A stretch of 64,000 nucleotides of DNA, taken from positions 13,828,001 through 13,892,000 of the forward strand of contig CM052816.1 in assembly GCA_028534125.1 (NCBI GenBank), given 5' to 3'. Shown here piece after piece: positions 1 to 12,044 of this stretch. The position numbers were made by a program, and so were the translations under genes. The DNA is from Lama glama. Lineage: Eukaryota. The stretch's first letter is position 1; each line of letters opens with the position of its first letter. A model generated the notes under the pieces. It was not told the origin of the DNA, ran no database searches, and saw only the letters and a list, made by a program, of their open reading frames with translations.

Positions 1-1029
1 TAATTCGGCCAGCATCTCCTCCACCATCAGACCCTGGGAAAGACAGCCTTTCAGCCACAGAGAGCAGCATTTTAGCCCTTCGTCATTAAAGGGAGACAGA
101 ACTGTGACACTAGCATGGGAACACTAGTAGAAGGAACAGATTTCATTCCATGCATCTCCAGCCTGAGTCCCGAGCTCAACGGATGGTATTTTTATCAAAT
201 ACTTTCTATTTCGTGACATGCTCTGCCAACTTTCTATTATTAGACACATCAGAGAAAACCCACATTTGCTTTCTCTTCCTTTGGGTTCCTCCCCCCTCCT
301 CTGTGGGAAGACGTGGTAGTTCGGGTGGGAGCCCTGTCCCTTTAATAGTAGGTAAAGGACAAGGAGGAGGCAGCCATCTGGGAACTCACCTTGGTGCCAA
401 AGCATCCTGGATCTGGGCTCTGCCTCCTTTGCAAATGACATCTCGTCCTGGCCTCACCCCCCAGCCCCCAGATGGCAGAGCTGATGGTTGAGGAAAACAT
501 ACATATTTTAGAGTCTACAGCATTGTTTCTCCCCACCCCCACCTCCTGTGAAGGAGGATTTAGTCTTGGCCAGCTACGTTCCGGAGCCTTTCTTGTGGAG
601 AATAGGGATTTGGAAGGGTGCAGTGCTGTGGGTCAGATGACACCGAAGAAAAGGCAGGGAATTACCTACTGGAGAAAGTGAAGGTGAGGGGGGCACAAGG
701 GAGATAAGAGCCAGGGATGGGCTGCATTGGGGGGACTTTAAGAGATAAATTAAGGGGGACTGGAGTAGCTGCCAGGCTGCCATGACGAGAATTCGGGAGA
801 GAGATGGGAGATTTTTTTCAGACGTGTTGTTGGTGTTATGATTGGAATCCATCCCCTGCCCCCCTTGGCATTTTTAAGAGATTTCAGTAAAGACATAAAT
901 CGGTTTTAAAATTATTTTTTCTATGAGAGACTGGTATTTCTCCAAGGCAGCCTGGACCACTGGAGGCTCGCGTATAATGATGAAGGACAGCCACCCTTCA
1001 CCCCGCTTCTCCCATCAACACAGGCTGGA

Positions 1030-1205
1030 GTCCAGCTATTTCAAACTGGTGTCCAATAGGCTGAATTTGGACCCCAGATGGGTCTCGTTTGGCTCATTGA
1101 GAGTTAATTTTTTTTTTTAGCCACCGCTGAAAATTGAGATTTCACATCTAAAAAGCCTGCATTTCCTACTCCTCTTAAAAAAAATTGGAAAGTCTGGCAA
1201 CATGA
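1030..1205. mobile_element. Ancient hAT-Charlie/MER-type DNA transposon fragment
   Basis: GAGATTTCACATCTAAAAAGCCTGCATTTCC...TGGAAAGTCTGGCAAC resembles MER-type hAT relics. Confidence 0.4.
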
Positions 1206-1349
1206 GACTTTCATTTCCATCAAGCAAAAATAGCCCATGCCCTATGGTTGACCCCAGTGCCCACCACGCACATCAGGTGGGCAGGCGCACCGGGCCTGCT
1301 TCCTGCATTTCTGTTTCTTACCATCCGCTAACAGCAGACTTGATCACTG

Positions 1350-3660
1350 AGACCTGTCTTCCTGCTGAGGACAATTAGAAAGACTGGACAAAATTAAGAT
1401 AAAATCAGTCTGAAGGCATCAACGAGTTAATGAGATAATGAAGAATCGCTAAACCAAGTTCTGGGGAAAGGTGGACATTCCGGGAGGCGAGCCCTATAAC
1501 TGGGGGCTCCTTTCCCCTTGAAATTCTTGCTGCTACAAGAAGAAACAGCTACGAAGCTGAGAGGTGACGCAGCACCTGGGCAGCTTTGCACATCTAAGGG
1601 GACAAAAGCTGAAATCCGCCAAAGGAGAGGGGCCCTGGAACAGAGACCCCGCAGGACTACACCTTAAGACGAGGCGAATTGGAAACAACCAGATTCTGCA
1701 GGGCCTGAACCCAGCTCCCAATCAGCTTAATTCTTCAAATGGGATTAAGCCTATCCCAGGTTGCCAGCATCCCCAGGTGCCCAGCAGAAGCAAATGAAAG
1801 TGTCCTCTGGAGGAGAACACCGTAATGTCTTGTGTCACTTCTCCTAGCAATTTTCCACGTACAACGTCCATCTGAAAAGACCCAGACGCGTAGGGAACTA
1901 AGACCACGTGAATGAGATCCCGCGGTCACAGCTACAATGGAAGCAACCCCAGAGAACTCCACCTTGGGAGTTACCCCACACAGATGTTGTTCAAAGGAGA
2001 TAAAAGACAGGATTTAAAAATCTGGCAGAGAACTGGGAACTTAAAAAAAAAAAAGTGGGAGGGGGGACAATAATGATTTGAAAAATAACCAAGTAGAAAT
2101 TTGGAGTTAAAAAAATGTGATAACAACAGTGAAGAGCTCAGTGGATGGTTTTAGCAGCAGGCTGGACACAGTCAGTGGGAGACGCGAGGAACTGGGAAGT
2201 CGGTTAGAAGAAAACCTCAGGGTGAAACTTGGCGAGGCACAAGGATGGAGAACACCGTGGGGAGATTAAGCGATACGGGCGATGAAGTGAAGACAGGAGT
2301 TCCAGGAGGAGGAGGAGAGACAACAGGGCAGCAGTACTACTTTGAAGAGAAAGTACTTGAGAAATTGCCAAAATTGACTGAAAACAAGCCGCAGATTCCA
2401 GAATCCCTGGGAACCCCAAGCAGGGTAAATAAAAAGGAAGCTACACCAAGGTAGGTCGTTACAGAATACGGGCAAACCAAAGACAAAGAGGAAAAAGTGT
2501 TAAAGGCAGCTGCCATTGCCTGAGAAAAAGGAACAGACCATTAGCTTACTTCTTGACAGAAGCAATGGAAGCTAGAGATTAGTAGGACTTAAACATCTTC
2601 AAAGTGCTGACAGAAAGTAAGTGCCAATCTGAAATTCCATGCCCAGTGAAAGCAGCTCCTAATAGTAAAGGTTAAATTAAGACATTTTCAGGATTCTTTA
2701 CAAGAATTGGATCCCAAAGAATGCTCTTTAAGCAGAAGGAAGATGATTTAATATGATAAGTTACAGGTGCAGGAAGAATTGGAGAACGCCACAGAGGTTA
2801 AAGAAATCAAATGAAGTACAAAACAGCATTGCAATGTCCACCGGGGATTTAAAAAATTAAAATGTAAGTCAGGAAGGAGGGGTAAAAATTAAAATGTTCT
2901 AAAGTCCTTGTATTACTATGGAAGAAGATAAAAATGTTAATTAACATTAGACTTAGATAAATCAAAGATACATATTGTAATCTCCAGGATAATCTCTGAA
3001 GAATAGTTAAAAAAAAGCATATAACTTCTAAGTTAATAGCAGGAAAAACAGAATATCCAATCACTCCAAAGGCAAGAAAGAAAAGAGGAGAAAAAGAAAC
3101 CAGAGCATGTAGGACAACTGAAAACATTTAATAAGATGGTAAGATTTGAATCCAAAGATATCAGTAGTTACATCAAATGTAAGTGGACAAAATACTTCAA
3201 TTAAAAATCAGAGTATTGAACTGGATTTTAAAAATCTACATACTGTTTATAAAAAACACATCTAAAACACTAATTTTAAAATGCAGAAAGTAAAGGGTGA
3301 GCAAAATATAAATATGAACTGAAATTATATTAATAGTATATAATAATACCAGACAAAATATATTCCCAGGCAAAAAGCATTACTCCAGCTAAAGAAGGAC
3401 ACATCATAATGATAAAAAGTTCAATTCACAGGGAACATACAGGGAATGTAAAACTTTCACACATCTTATAACGTAGCTTCAAAAATATGGAGCTAACACT
3501 GACACAAACCACAAGAAATGACCAGCTAAATGAGCAAAGATACAGAATATTTGAACATGACCAGCAAACTTGACTTAGTGGGGACACACACACACACACA
3601 CACAAACACATCTGTATATGATATTGTACCCAGCAATTACAGAATTCAGGTTCCCCAAAT
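1350..3660 (+). mobile_element. Old LINE-1 (L1M) 5' part: degenerate ORF1 and start of ORF2 endonuclease
   Basis: A-rich strand. ORF1-like peptide FEEKVLEKLPKLTENK...TPSRVNKKEATPR (2245-2454). ORF2 start-like TACATCAAATGTAAGTGGACAAAATACTTCAATTAAAA (~3169). Many stops and frameshifts. Confidence 0.8.
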
Positions 3661-3689
3661 ATTTATGATTCCCCTCCTTCCAAGCAAAT

Positions 3690-3987
3690 AATAAAATTGA
3701 AAGTCTCCACCTCATTTTACGTTAGGTGTGGCCATAAGACTTATTTTGGCCCATAAAATATGAGTAGGAGTAACTTCCAGGTGCTAGTGTAACGGCAAAC
3801 ACGTCTCCCCTCTCCCTCCTGTGAGCAGAGGGCGGGAGCTCGCTCAGCGCGGGCTCTCAGCTGAGGACGACACGGAGCGGAGCTGCCCCGCCAGCCTACC
3901 AATGCACGTGTTGATGGTCATTTGTTGTTTGAAGTCACTGAAATTTCCTTATAACACAGTATAACTTAGTCTACCCTGAATAATACA
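3690..3987 (+). mobile_element. MLT1-type (ERVL-MaLR) solo LTR
   Basis: GTTAGGTGTGGCCATAAGACTTATTTTGGCC...TTGTTGTTTGAAGTCACTGAAATTT...CCCTGAATAATACA; typical MLT1 3' end. Confidence 0.7.
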
Positions 3988-4957
3988 CAGAAAAAGAGAA
4001 GGACTGGTTTTCGGGCACCGAGGTGAGCCTGTCTTAAGAGCATGGTGTGGTGAGTCCTGGTGAGTTCCCGGTGACTTAAGTTCTAGGGAGGGGGGGGTAG
4101 GAAGAGGGCGGAGGCAGGAAAAGCAACTCCCAAGAAGAGCCTATGAAGACTGGCTAGAGGCGAGTTTTGAAGGGGTTGGATTAATAATGAGAAATAGATG
4201 TTGTCCTGGAAGGTGAAGGTTCTCCAGAAGTTCGTGACTGGTTGAACATTGGTAGTAGTGGAGAGGATGAACTGGGGACAGTCTAACCGATGCGAAAGGA
4301 GGGAATTAGGGAGAGAACTATTCTCAATTAATGTGTTAACATTTTTTTTCCTTTTCTTCCCACATCTTAGAGGTAGCCATTTTTAAAGAATTTGATGAGA
4401 ATTTTCCCAGCAATTGCATGCACACACAAACACACATATAAACCAATTAAAAAAAAATCAGATCAATTACATTCTACCTGCTATTCTGAAAAAAAAATCC
4501 AGTTAGTATCTTCATGGATATTTTCTGTGTCATCTCAAAGAAATTTGCCTCTTTCATTTTTAATTGGCTACTTCGTACACCACGGTATGGATGTAGCAAA
4601 TCATGCAAGCATTCTCCTGCTGACATTCAGGTGGTTTCCACTATTACAGTGTCTCAGTGAGCCTTCTTGTAAACTGTACCCATAGATTTTTGTCTCTTCT
4701 TTCTACAGACAGCAAGACAAGTTTTGCCACCATTTTAATGGTGGAAATTTTAGGCTGGGTAACAGGAGTATGACTAGGCAGGCTATTTGAGGTGACAATT
4801 TTGGCTAGGGGGTGCCTGGTATGCCTCGACGATGCCCAGAATAGTGTCTTGAACATAGCACGTGCTCAGTAAGTTCTTGCTGAGTGAATGAATGGATGAA
4901 TGAATGAACCCACATCCATGGCATACACTTATTTGGCTTCCCTGCCCTCATCCATAA

Positions 4958-5200
4958 CAGGATTTCTCAAACTCAGCATCACCGACTTTAGTGCCAGCCT
5001 GGATACTCTGTCATGGGGATGGCGGCGGGGGCGGGAGCGGGAGTGGGAAGGGGCGCTGCCCTGAACATTGTAGGATGTCCGCAGCATCCCTGCATCCCTT
5101 GCCCCCACTCACTAGATGCCAGGAGCACAACCCCAGTTGCAGCAACCAAAAATACCTCCAGAAATTGCCCAATGTTCCTTGGGAAAATTTGCTCCCAATG
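4958..5200 (-). mobile_element. MER20 hAT DNA transposon
   Basis: CAGGATTTCTCAAACTCAGCA terminus and CATTGTAGGATGT...GCAGCATCCCTG...CACTAGATGCCAG...CCCCAGTTG...CAACCAAAAATACCTCCAGA are the reverse complement of MER20. Confidence 0.85.
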
Positions 5201-5399
5201 ATTTATAACATGGACTGTATTGTAACAGGGCAAAGGCCCTTTCTGAAAACAACAGATTCGGCAGAGGTTGATCTTACTAGTCCCCAGTCCTGCCACATTC
5301 AAATGGCCCTTCTTGCCAGGTTTTCACAGTCATTTCATAGAGATTTCTGGATACCTTATTCTTGGTGCAGACCTCATTCTTAATGTCTCCCCCATGAAT

Positions 5400-5660
5400 T
5401 AGGTCAGTCTTCATTATACGTTGTCAATCAGCTTTACACAGTCTCCAGTCACTGGCTCCCCCTCCTTGGAGGTATTTCTCAAAGGTGAATTCTTACATTT
5501 ATTTGAGAAATTATTAAATTAATCTGTTGCCCTCACTCGACTCCCTAGAGGTACTCATAAGTAAGAATTTGGCATGTCGCATGTCAGTTTTTGCTCACCA
5601 TTTTTGTATCCAATGCCTGAAACAATGCCTGACACATAGCAGGTGTTGGATGGATGGATA
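5400..5660 (+). mobile_element. L2 3' end
   Basis: TTTTGCTCACC...GTATCCAATGCCTGAAACAATGCCTGACACATAGCAGGTG..GGATGGATGG, an L2 tail. A similar tail lies at ~4830-4908. Confidence 0.65.
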
Positions 5661-6303
5661 AGAGCCATTATCAGTCAACAAGAGCCACCCCTGGGCTGCA
5701 ACAGTCTTCGCCCATTTTTGCTCCTGTGTCTTCTAAAACAGTTTTGGAAAACAATGTTACCTATACCCACGTTCAAAACTGACATGTTACGTGTTCATTA
5801 TTAAGTTCATATGAACTCAAGAAAATAATTCCCAGGATACTGTAAGTACTGCAATTAAAAAATTTAGCTGTGACCTCATTCTTTAAATGTACCTATCAAT
5901 CTACTATTATTGTTTCCAATATTGTCTATAATCTGCTTTCACAGAACTCTGCCTCAAATTCAAGGGACAGAAGAGACAAAGCTGTTAAACAAAAACATGC
6001 CTAACTAGTTATTGAGGGAGGCAGAATTAAATTATTAAAGGAAGTTTCCAGTTTGGGGACTTGGACCTGGAGATTTTTACATTTGGGGCAATGGCTTCTT
6101 AGTAAGATTTGGGAAGAGTGAGGGGTATGCTTTCCAGTAAGGGAAAGATTATTATGAACAAAGACATGTTCTCAGGCAAAACAGCTTTAGGAAAAAGTAC
6201 CTAAAGAAAACTGAGAACCTGGAAATTGGTCCTCTGAGAACCATCCTTGTTGTGCTCAATGGAGAGTCCTGAAGACCACCACCCTGAGGGTAATTCCTCC
6301 TAG

Positions 6304-6322
6304 TGGCCAGCAGAGGGCAGTG
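6304..6322 (+). promoter_or_regulatory. CTCF-binding motif upstream of the FGF1 1A promoter
   Basis: TGGCCAGCAGAGGGCAGTG matches the CTCF core CCASYAGRKGGCRS, in non-repeat sequence. Confidence 0.65.
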
Positions 6323-7463
6323 TTGGACAAGCTGTTGGGCCCCATCTCCCTGGCTCTCCCTCAAGGTGGCAGAGAGAAAGGGCAATTCAGCTCGGAGGCA
6401 GTGGGGAGCCAGGCCCCTGGCGTTCCAGCCCAGTCTTCTCTGGTGTGTGTGTTTGCACAGTGAGTTATTCATAGGAAACTGGCCCCACGGAGCACAGAGG
6501 CCAGAGACTCTCCATCCTGTACCTAGAATAAGGGCCTGGGACGGCAAACAGACGGAACCCTTATTCTTTCTCTCCTTCAAGAACTGGGAAAAAAGAATTG
6601 GGGGGAAAAAATCTCTGAGGAGTGAAGTCATGGTCTGAATCAACCGTGAGGTTTTTGTTTTTCTTCTGATGAAATGAAAACGGTGAAATCTCATTGATTT
6701 ATAGCTTCCGGAGACAGGAGCCGCACAGGGGCCGGGAGCCCCTGCTCTGGAGTCAGGCGGTGGGGGCTGGGATCTGCCGTCGTCCCCCCCCCCCCCCACC
6801 CCGGCAAGCTCACTCCCCCGGCCTCTGCCGCCCTGGCTGTCAGATTGGAACAAGACTGCCTTCTTCACAGGGCGGCTGTGAGGGTAGATGAGGCAACCCG
6901 AGGAAAGAGGGCAGCGTGGGAATGGCATTTAGCGAGGCCTCAAGAAAAAACAGCGCAGGTGATGATGTGGAACTGGCGTTCTGTCAGGCATGAGGTTTCA
7001 GAGCTTCCCATTCGTGTCCGAAGAGGCAGAATCAGGGGTGAAAAATCACGCTATTTCAATGGTTTATGTTTAGAAGCAGAAACAGCCAGGGGAAAAGGCC
7101 AGAATCAGTGTGATTCCGTGTTTGAGCTTCGCTCCTCCACATGGCTGGATCCCACCCAGCGCGGCTAAGAGGGTCTCTGTGTCTGCACCGCCAGGTGGAT
7201 GATGGCCGGACGCGGGTTGACGTGGGACACGCCCACCAGCCTCAGACGTGAGAGCAGTGACTTTGTTCATTACACCGATCCTCTGCGCAGCCTCAAAGGG
7301 TGGAGATGAACTGGGTGATATTCAGTTAGTAATTTGGACTAATTGCTCAGATATATTAAAAGTAAGGTTCAGAGCAAGACACCCCCCCCCCATTCTGCCT
7401 TTCCCAGGGAAAGGTAACAGAGGCTAATTCAGAAAGGCACAGAGACAGCTTGGATGAGATAAC

Positions 7464-7476
7464 TGTCCTTTCACCT
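7464..7476 (-). promoter_or_regulatory. FGF1: DR1 nuclear-receptor element, probable PPRE of the FGF1A promoter
   Basis: TGTCCT-T-TCACCT reads AGGTGA-A-AGGACA on the minus strand, a DR1 just upstream of exon 1A. The FGF1A promoter is an established PPAR-gamma target through a proximal conserved PPRE. Confidence 0.72.
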
Positions 7477-7569
7477 GGCAGCTGTCCAGCCCCCAAATAG
7501 CTTTTGTGTTTGGTCCAAAAATAAGATCACATGAGAGGGGGAGAAATAAATACGCAAGTGCTTGTCCTT

Positions 7570-7982
7570 GGGCTTTTTGTGGGTACACCGGCCACACTGG
7601 TGGGGGCCCCAAGAGGGTGACCTCACGCCGCACTCCACCACCTCCCTCCCCAGGCTCCCCAAGGCTGGAGGAACAACCTGGATCAGGGGCCCGTGTGGTG
7701 TGTGGTCTGCACACAGCCCTTCTCTGGGGGCTCCCTTGGGCTCCATTCACACCAGAGAGGCAGCAGGAGAGAGGGGACAAGCAGATCCAACAGCCTGGAC
7801 TCTAGGAGAGTAAGGGCATCGCCTCCTTCAGTGAAGGACACTCCCTTCTGATGGAGAATGGAAACTCCCTTCTTCCTGCAGCAGCCAGCCTGCGGCGGCC
7901 CTGGTAGGACGGCGTGGACGCCCTAGGCTGTCACAGCTGCCCTTCGCCCCAGAAGGAGGGTCCCCCGAGCCAAAGCACAGAG
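7570..7982 (+). other. FGF1: FGF1 untranslated first exon 1A (5' UTR; start approximate)
   Basis: 7782-7982 (CAGATCCAACAGCC...GGGCATCGCCTCCTT...GGACACTCCCTTCTGATGG...CCTGCAGCAGCC...GAGCCAAAGCACAGAG) closely resembles the human FGF1.A leader as I recall it. It ends at a strong donor AG|GTGAGT (7983-7988) and lies about 10 kb upstream of exon 1B, as in human. The TSS is inferred from the ~400-nt human exon and AAATAAATA near 7544. Confidence 0.88.
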
Positions 7983-9199
7983 GTGAGTGCGTCCGTTTCT
8001 CCAAGGAGCTCAGATTGCTGCAGACTTTCTGCTTGGCTTCAGGCTTGCGCTCAGCATGAATGTTCTCCCCACCCCCTTCTCCCTCTTCTCCTCCCAGATC
8101 TGAGTGGGTGGCAGGCTTGAGTCTGTGTGATGGATGCTGTAGTAAAACATTCCCGTACTCCCTTCTCTCATTCGGAGGCCAACTTGCTTCCAGAGAGAAC
8201 TGGGGGGTCTAATTCTGAGCAGGGAATCAGGAAGAGGTTCCACCAAGTAAATGATCTTTGCTGAGACCCGAGAAGACATTTCCCAGAAAATCATTAGACA
8301 CATCCCATTACAGTAATGTTAATGCTTAGTTGTTAAAAGCTCCGTACGAAATAGGAAATAGATAAATGGATGTTGGCTGAGTCCTTGTAATTGGGCAAAA
8401 GAGAAAAAACACAAATGGGATCTTCAGAGCTTCCTTTCCCCACACCCACCTCCCTATCTCTTCCTGACTTCTTAGAGCCCAGCAGAATATACTTCACAGA
8501 GCCAAGAACTTTTTTCTTTGGTTGAGAACAAAAGGAATAAAATTAAGGGTTTGGGGAGAATTGCTCTGTAAGCAGAGTTGAGAGACAAAGAAAAAGGAAA
8601 TTTTGCAGAGTCTTGGTTTCTCCTCCTAACGTCTCTGCCTCCCAAGCACATGACAGGTGCCTGTGTGCACCTGGGGACGTGGCCAGATGTCTCCGTCACG
8701 TGCACAGGCATGCATTCCTTGACACACATCGCCCCTCTGCTAGGGACCACAAATATCTATGCTAAGGGTAAGTCAACAAAATGCTTGTGGGAACAAGACA
8801 GCTCCTCGAATAAGTCAAGATTCTTTTAGTGACAATCGAATGGAATCCAGTTTGAAGAGACAGCCAAAATAAGGAGAAATTTTCCTCCTCATGTCGCTGA
8901 AAAGGTCAGGGTTTTGTTATGGTGGGATTCCGGTGCCCAGACGAGGGCATCCTGAATCTGTCTCTCTCCATTTTTTCGCTTTGCATCCGGTGTCGTCCTG
9001 TTCACAGGAGGACTCGCCCCTCCTGAGATGGCCACCAGCAGCTCCCTGTGGTGTCTGACACATACTAGGTGCTTCCAACTAATCAACAAACAAACAGCCT
9101 CCCTAAATAGCTTAGAGAGGATGGCTAGATTACTTGAGATGACCTTAATTCTGATTTTGTAAGTGCTATGATAATAAGGACAAACATTGATGGAGCTCT

Positions 9200-9400
9200 G
9201 CAATGTAGATGGGATTGTATGCAGTAAACAAGCATCCTCTCCCGTAATCCGCACAGTGACCCTGCAAGGTGAATACTGCTATTACCCCCATTTAACAGAT
9301 GGGGAAACTGAGTCTCAGAAAACTTCTCCTAGATCAGAGCTAGGAAGTGGTGGCATGGGGTTTAGAACCCAGGCATGCCTGCCATCTCCTTTCCTATTAA
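9200..9400 (-). mobile_element. MIR SINE
   Basis: CCCCATTTAACAGATGGGGAAACTGAGTCTCAGA, the MIR core. Confidence 0.8.
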
Positions 9401-10344
9401 ATTCCTCGTTTACGTGCTTATCAGTGGCCGCACTTTCTGCTGCCTGATTTTAAAGAGCAAGGGGCACAGGTGATTGGTCAGAGAGCACAAGGAAGCTCAG
9501 ATGTTTTCCGCCCCTCTTTTGCCACCTGGGCTCCCAGTGCCTCTAAGTGGGGGGGGGGGGTCCTCATCAGACTGTACCTAGGGGTGAGAGGTCAAACCTC
9601 TACTCCAGAGCCAACAAGAAGGTCAGGGGCATGAGGATTTCACAAAAGGAGGTATCCCTGGGGCTCTGTAGAGAGTGAGCTGCTTTTTGGTTAAATGAGG
9701 TCTTGGCTTAGAGTGGTCCTTGGGGAGATGTTAGTTGGAGGGTGGGCTTTAGAATTGAAGTTTGCCCGTCTGGCTGCCCATCACTGGGCATGGCCCTGAC
9801 CTTCCTCCTGCTCCCTGAACAGGGTGAGCAGGCAGGGGCCTCCCTCAGAGGGCAGCTTGCAGGATTTGGAAAGTAACCAAAGTTGGATCACAAGGGAAAC
9901 CCAAATCTTAAGTAAGTGGTATTTTTTATACTATCTGTGCCTCTGCACCCAACCACTGGCCTCGGGGTTGATACAGTCACCTGTGGTGCTGGGCGAGCCC
10001 TTGGTCTGAGGGTATCTTGTTTCTCTGATGCACACGAGCCCATCCTGTGGGTTAGCACCTTCTCAACAGCAGATCCTATTTGGTCCACGTCATTAATCCT
10101 CATGATATTCCTGAGAGCCCGAGAGCTGGTGTTCTTACAACCGAGGCACAGCGAGATGAAGTCATATCCCAGATCACACAGAAACAGAGAGGGGCCGGGC
10201 TCAGGGCAGAGGGTCTCTAAGGTCTTTGGAATCCAGACCTGCTTGCTTCCCCACAAGGTCACGAGAGAACAAAACTAAAACCAGAATTGTATAGGCTAAG
10301 TAAAATGCTTTGGGTAAATCTTTAAGGGAAAAATCATCACTAGA

Positions 10345-10935
10345 CCAAAGAGAAATAAAAACATACATTCACACAAAAACTTGTGCATAACACACTGGGA
10401 CATTATGCTGTAGACCAGAAATTGACACATTGTAACTGACTATACTTCAATTAAAAAAAAAACTTGTACACAACACAAATGTTTACAGTAGCATTACTCA
10501 TGATAGGAAACAAGCCAAATGTCCATTAACTGATGAATGCATAAATAAAATGGGGCATATCCGTACAGTGAAATATCATTCAGCAGTAAAAATGAATGAC
10601 ATTCGGATACATGCTACAATATGGATGAATTTCAGAGACATAATGATTTTTCAGGAAAAGAAACTCATAGTGTATGACCCCATTTATAATGGCCAGAATA
10701 GGCAAATCTAGAGAGACAGGAAGTGGACGAGTGGTTGCCTAGGCCTGGTGGGAGGGAGGAATGGGGAGCGATTGCTAATGTGTAAGGGGTTTCTTTTAAG
10801 GATGACAAAAAATTCTAAAGCAGACAGTGGTGATGGTTGCACAACTTTGTGAATATACTAAAACCACTTAGTTGTATACTTTAAATGGGTGAACTGCATG
10901 GTATGTGAACTGTATCTCAGTAAAGTTATTCCAAA
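10345..10935 (+). mobile_element. L1MB-like LINE-1 3' end containing a nested young L1 tail
   Basis: CAAATGTCCATTAACTGATGAATGCATAAATAAAATG...GGCAAATCTAGAGAGACAG...GGTGATGGTTGCACAACTTTGTGAATATACTAAAACCACT...TGAACTGTATCTCAGTAAAG. Confidence 0.85.
10395..10457 (+). mobile_element. Ultra-short 5'-truncated young L1 tail (camelid-type)
   Basis: CTGGGACATTATGCTGTAGACCAGAAATTGACACATTGTAACTGACTATACTTCAATT plus A-tail, flanked by AAAAACTTGTGCATAACACA / AAAAACTTGTACACAACACA. Confidence 0.8.
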
Positions 10936-12044
10936 AACCCCCAAACCATGGCTAATGAAATGATTAATGCAGTGACAGGACTTCGCTGAAGGATGTGGTC
11001 TGACCCTGCCTGCTCCGATAAGATTGTCTTGTCCCATAGCTTGGCCACAGGCCACCCAGACAATTCAAGTGGAAAGAATACAGATGGAAAAGATGGGGTC
11101 CATAGATTTCTCCCCAGAGTTCTAAACTAGGAGGATCTTTTTTCCTCTTTCTTGTACAGATCGTTTTAAATTGCATAAAATCAATCTTACTATTCTATTT
11201 TGGTTTCTGGGTTTCAAATCATGCTTCAAAATGTTCCCCATTCAAAGATGGTAAATCTTATTACCTAATGATTTCCGCTAAGGTTTTCTCTAATGTTTTC
11301 CTCTAAGGGTTGTCTTATTATATTTAAACCTCTGATTCATCAGGAATTTAAATGACAAACTGGGGATCCAGGTTATTTTGATTTGTTTTGCCACATGGCT
11401 AGCCAATGATTAGATCAGGAGTTTTGACTCTGAGATTAAAATGGACTTGGGGCATCTTGTAACTTCCTGAAATTCAGTGTGAAGTGGGGTGTGTGTGTGT
11501 GTGTGTACACGTTTATTTTTCTGGGGACAGGGTTATAGGTCTTGTCAGACTCTCTGGGGTCTTCTGACCCACAGAAAGACCACTGGTCTCTACATTTCAT
11601 AACGTGTGGCCCAGGTAGACCAGCTGTGTGCATTCCAGTGCACCGGGGCCTAATCCAAACCAACAGGACAGCTGTTAAACAGTTGTGGGGAAGGCCCTCG
11701 GGACAGTTCTCTGTCACATGTCAAGCGAGAGTCCCACTCCTCGTGGGTTTGGTGTTTTCAGAGAACAAGAGGTGTCTCTCTCTGGTCCCCTTAGGCTGAT
11801 AGCACTTTTGGTTTCCAGTCATCTGCTAACACATCAGTGGAGCTGAAAAACCATTTCAGCTGACAGAACTTGGGGCACTCCTGTCACAAAGAATTTGAGG
11901 AGGTTTACTGTCCAATAAATACAAATAAGTGATGTCATGGAAACTGCCATTCCAAAGAAGGTAGCAGATCCTTCTGTGCAGACTTGTGCAATCACATTAG
12001 AAACATATACACCACACCCACGGGATTCCAGGCACTGTCTAGAC

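Noticed and set aside
6152..6928. Longest ORF (258 aa, minus strand)
   Set aside because: No recognisable domain. It runs through a poly-C tract and promoter-flanking sequence, as expected for a chance ORF in GC-rich DNA.
11270..11312. Three imperfect ~13-bp units (TTTTCCTCTAAGG-like)
   Set aside because: A degenerate minisatellite with no spacers, so not CRISPR-like or otherwise structured.
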